From Candidatus Kapaibacterium sp. (GTDB lineage Bacteria > Bacteroidota > Ignavibacteria > Kapaibacteriales > UBA2268): a stretch of DNA of 64,000 bases. Both the position numbers and the translations under genes were made by a program. Position 1 is the first letter of the stretch. Each line of letters starts with the position of its first letter. Of the stretch, positions 63,047 to 64,000 are shown piece after piece. The notes beneath the pieces were generated by a model. That model ran no database searches. It was not told the origin of the DNA and worked only from the letters and a program-made list of their open reading frames with translations. Location: the NCBI GenBank assembly GCA_963664875.1, contig OY761611.1, positions 2,368,001 through 2,432,000 on the forward strand. Reading direction: 5' to 3'.

Positions 63047-64000
63047 ATGGATGTAAAAATTGCTTTTACCGACAAAGAAATTACACCTTGGGCAGGTATT
63101 TCTTTGATGCAAAATATGCTAAAAAAAATGTCTTTTGATCAAATATTAAAAGATTTGGCGTTACCATCACAGGGTTCGAATAGAGGTTACAAACCAGAAC
63201 AACTAATACAACACTTTTTACTGGGTATTTGGTGCGGTGCAAGTTGCTTCGAACATTTAGAAGTAACAAGACATGACAAAGTCATCCAAAATTTGTTTGG
63301 ATGGTCAAAAATGGCTGGAAGCAAAGCATTCCACAGATATTTTAATAAGTTTTCTCAGGCAACAAATCAACAGGTTTTTGATGAGCTTTACACTTGGTTC
63401 TTCAATAATTTTCAGTTTGACAACTACACAATTGACTTTGATTCTACGGTGATAACTCGCTATGGAAATCAGCAGGGTGCTGCAAAAGGTTATAACCCTC
63501 GTAAACCGGGAAGAAATTCACATCACCCTTTGCTTGCATTTGTCTCAGATTGCCGAATGATAGCCAATTGCTGGCTTCGGCCCGGCAATACCGGTGCATC
63601 AAGCAATTTTCTGAGTTTTTTGGAAGATACACTTTATAAGCTTGGTAATAAAAAAGCAGGTTTAATCCGTGCCGACAGCGGATTTTACTCAGACGAAATA
63701 ATGAAATATCTCGAAAGTACCAAACATAATTATATAATAGCAGCAAAGTTTTACAGACCTTTGAAAGTAAAAATTGCCAAACATACAAAATGGTGGCCTA
63801 TAAGTAAAGGTTTAGAAATAGGCGAAACAAGCTACCAATCAGACAACTGGGATGAACCCCGCCGAGTTATAATGATAAGACAGTATGTTCCACAACGTCC
63901 TAAAGCAGTCGGAAAACAATTGAGCTTTTTCGAAGGAGACATGCAATACAAAGATTATCGCTACTCTTGTTTTGTAACAAATTTGGATTTGCCTGCACAA
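63047..64000 (+). mobile_element. IS1380 family DDE transposase, truncated by the window edge
   Basis: Manual translation: MDVKIAFTDKEITPWAG, TIDFDSTVITRYG, KGYNPRKPGRNSHHPL, LRPGN, IRADSGF; left terminal repeat not identified. Confidence 0.88.

Overview
AT-rich bacterial chromosomal segment. It most resembles the FCB group (Ignavibacteria/Kapabacteria-like), inferred from Bacteroidota-type TAnnTTTG promoter motifs, T9SS-type and IgGFc-binding proteins, DUF3857/DUF5686-type proteins and an Hc1-like histone. Most of the window is housekeeping and envelope genes: prfA, rpiB, hslVU, glgA, mtnA, glutamine synthetase, pstS, an acyl-CoA carboxylase, hemW, thiN, maf, moxR, menB and rplS. Five things stand out. 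(1) An intact gatE-gatD pair, the Glu-tRNA(Gln) amidotransferase classically regarded as archaeal. (2) A Y1/HUH transposase (IS200/REP-associated type) flanked by a cluster of covarying hairpin units. (3) A ~690-bp non-coding element present twice, about 39 kb apart, built from those same hairpin modules. (4) An accessory patch of tandem paralog pairs with an exact 39-bp direct repeat. (5) An unannotated 30-aa hydrophobic small ORF, and a small gene behind a sigma-28-like promoter. The window begins inside an S8 peptidase gene and ends inside an IS1380-type transposase. No rRNA, tRNA or CRISPR array was seen. All calls are by eye; no searches were run.
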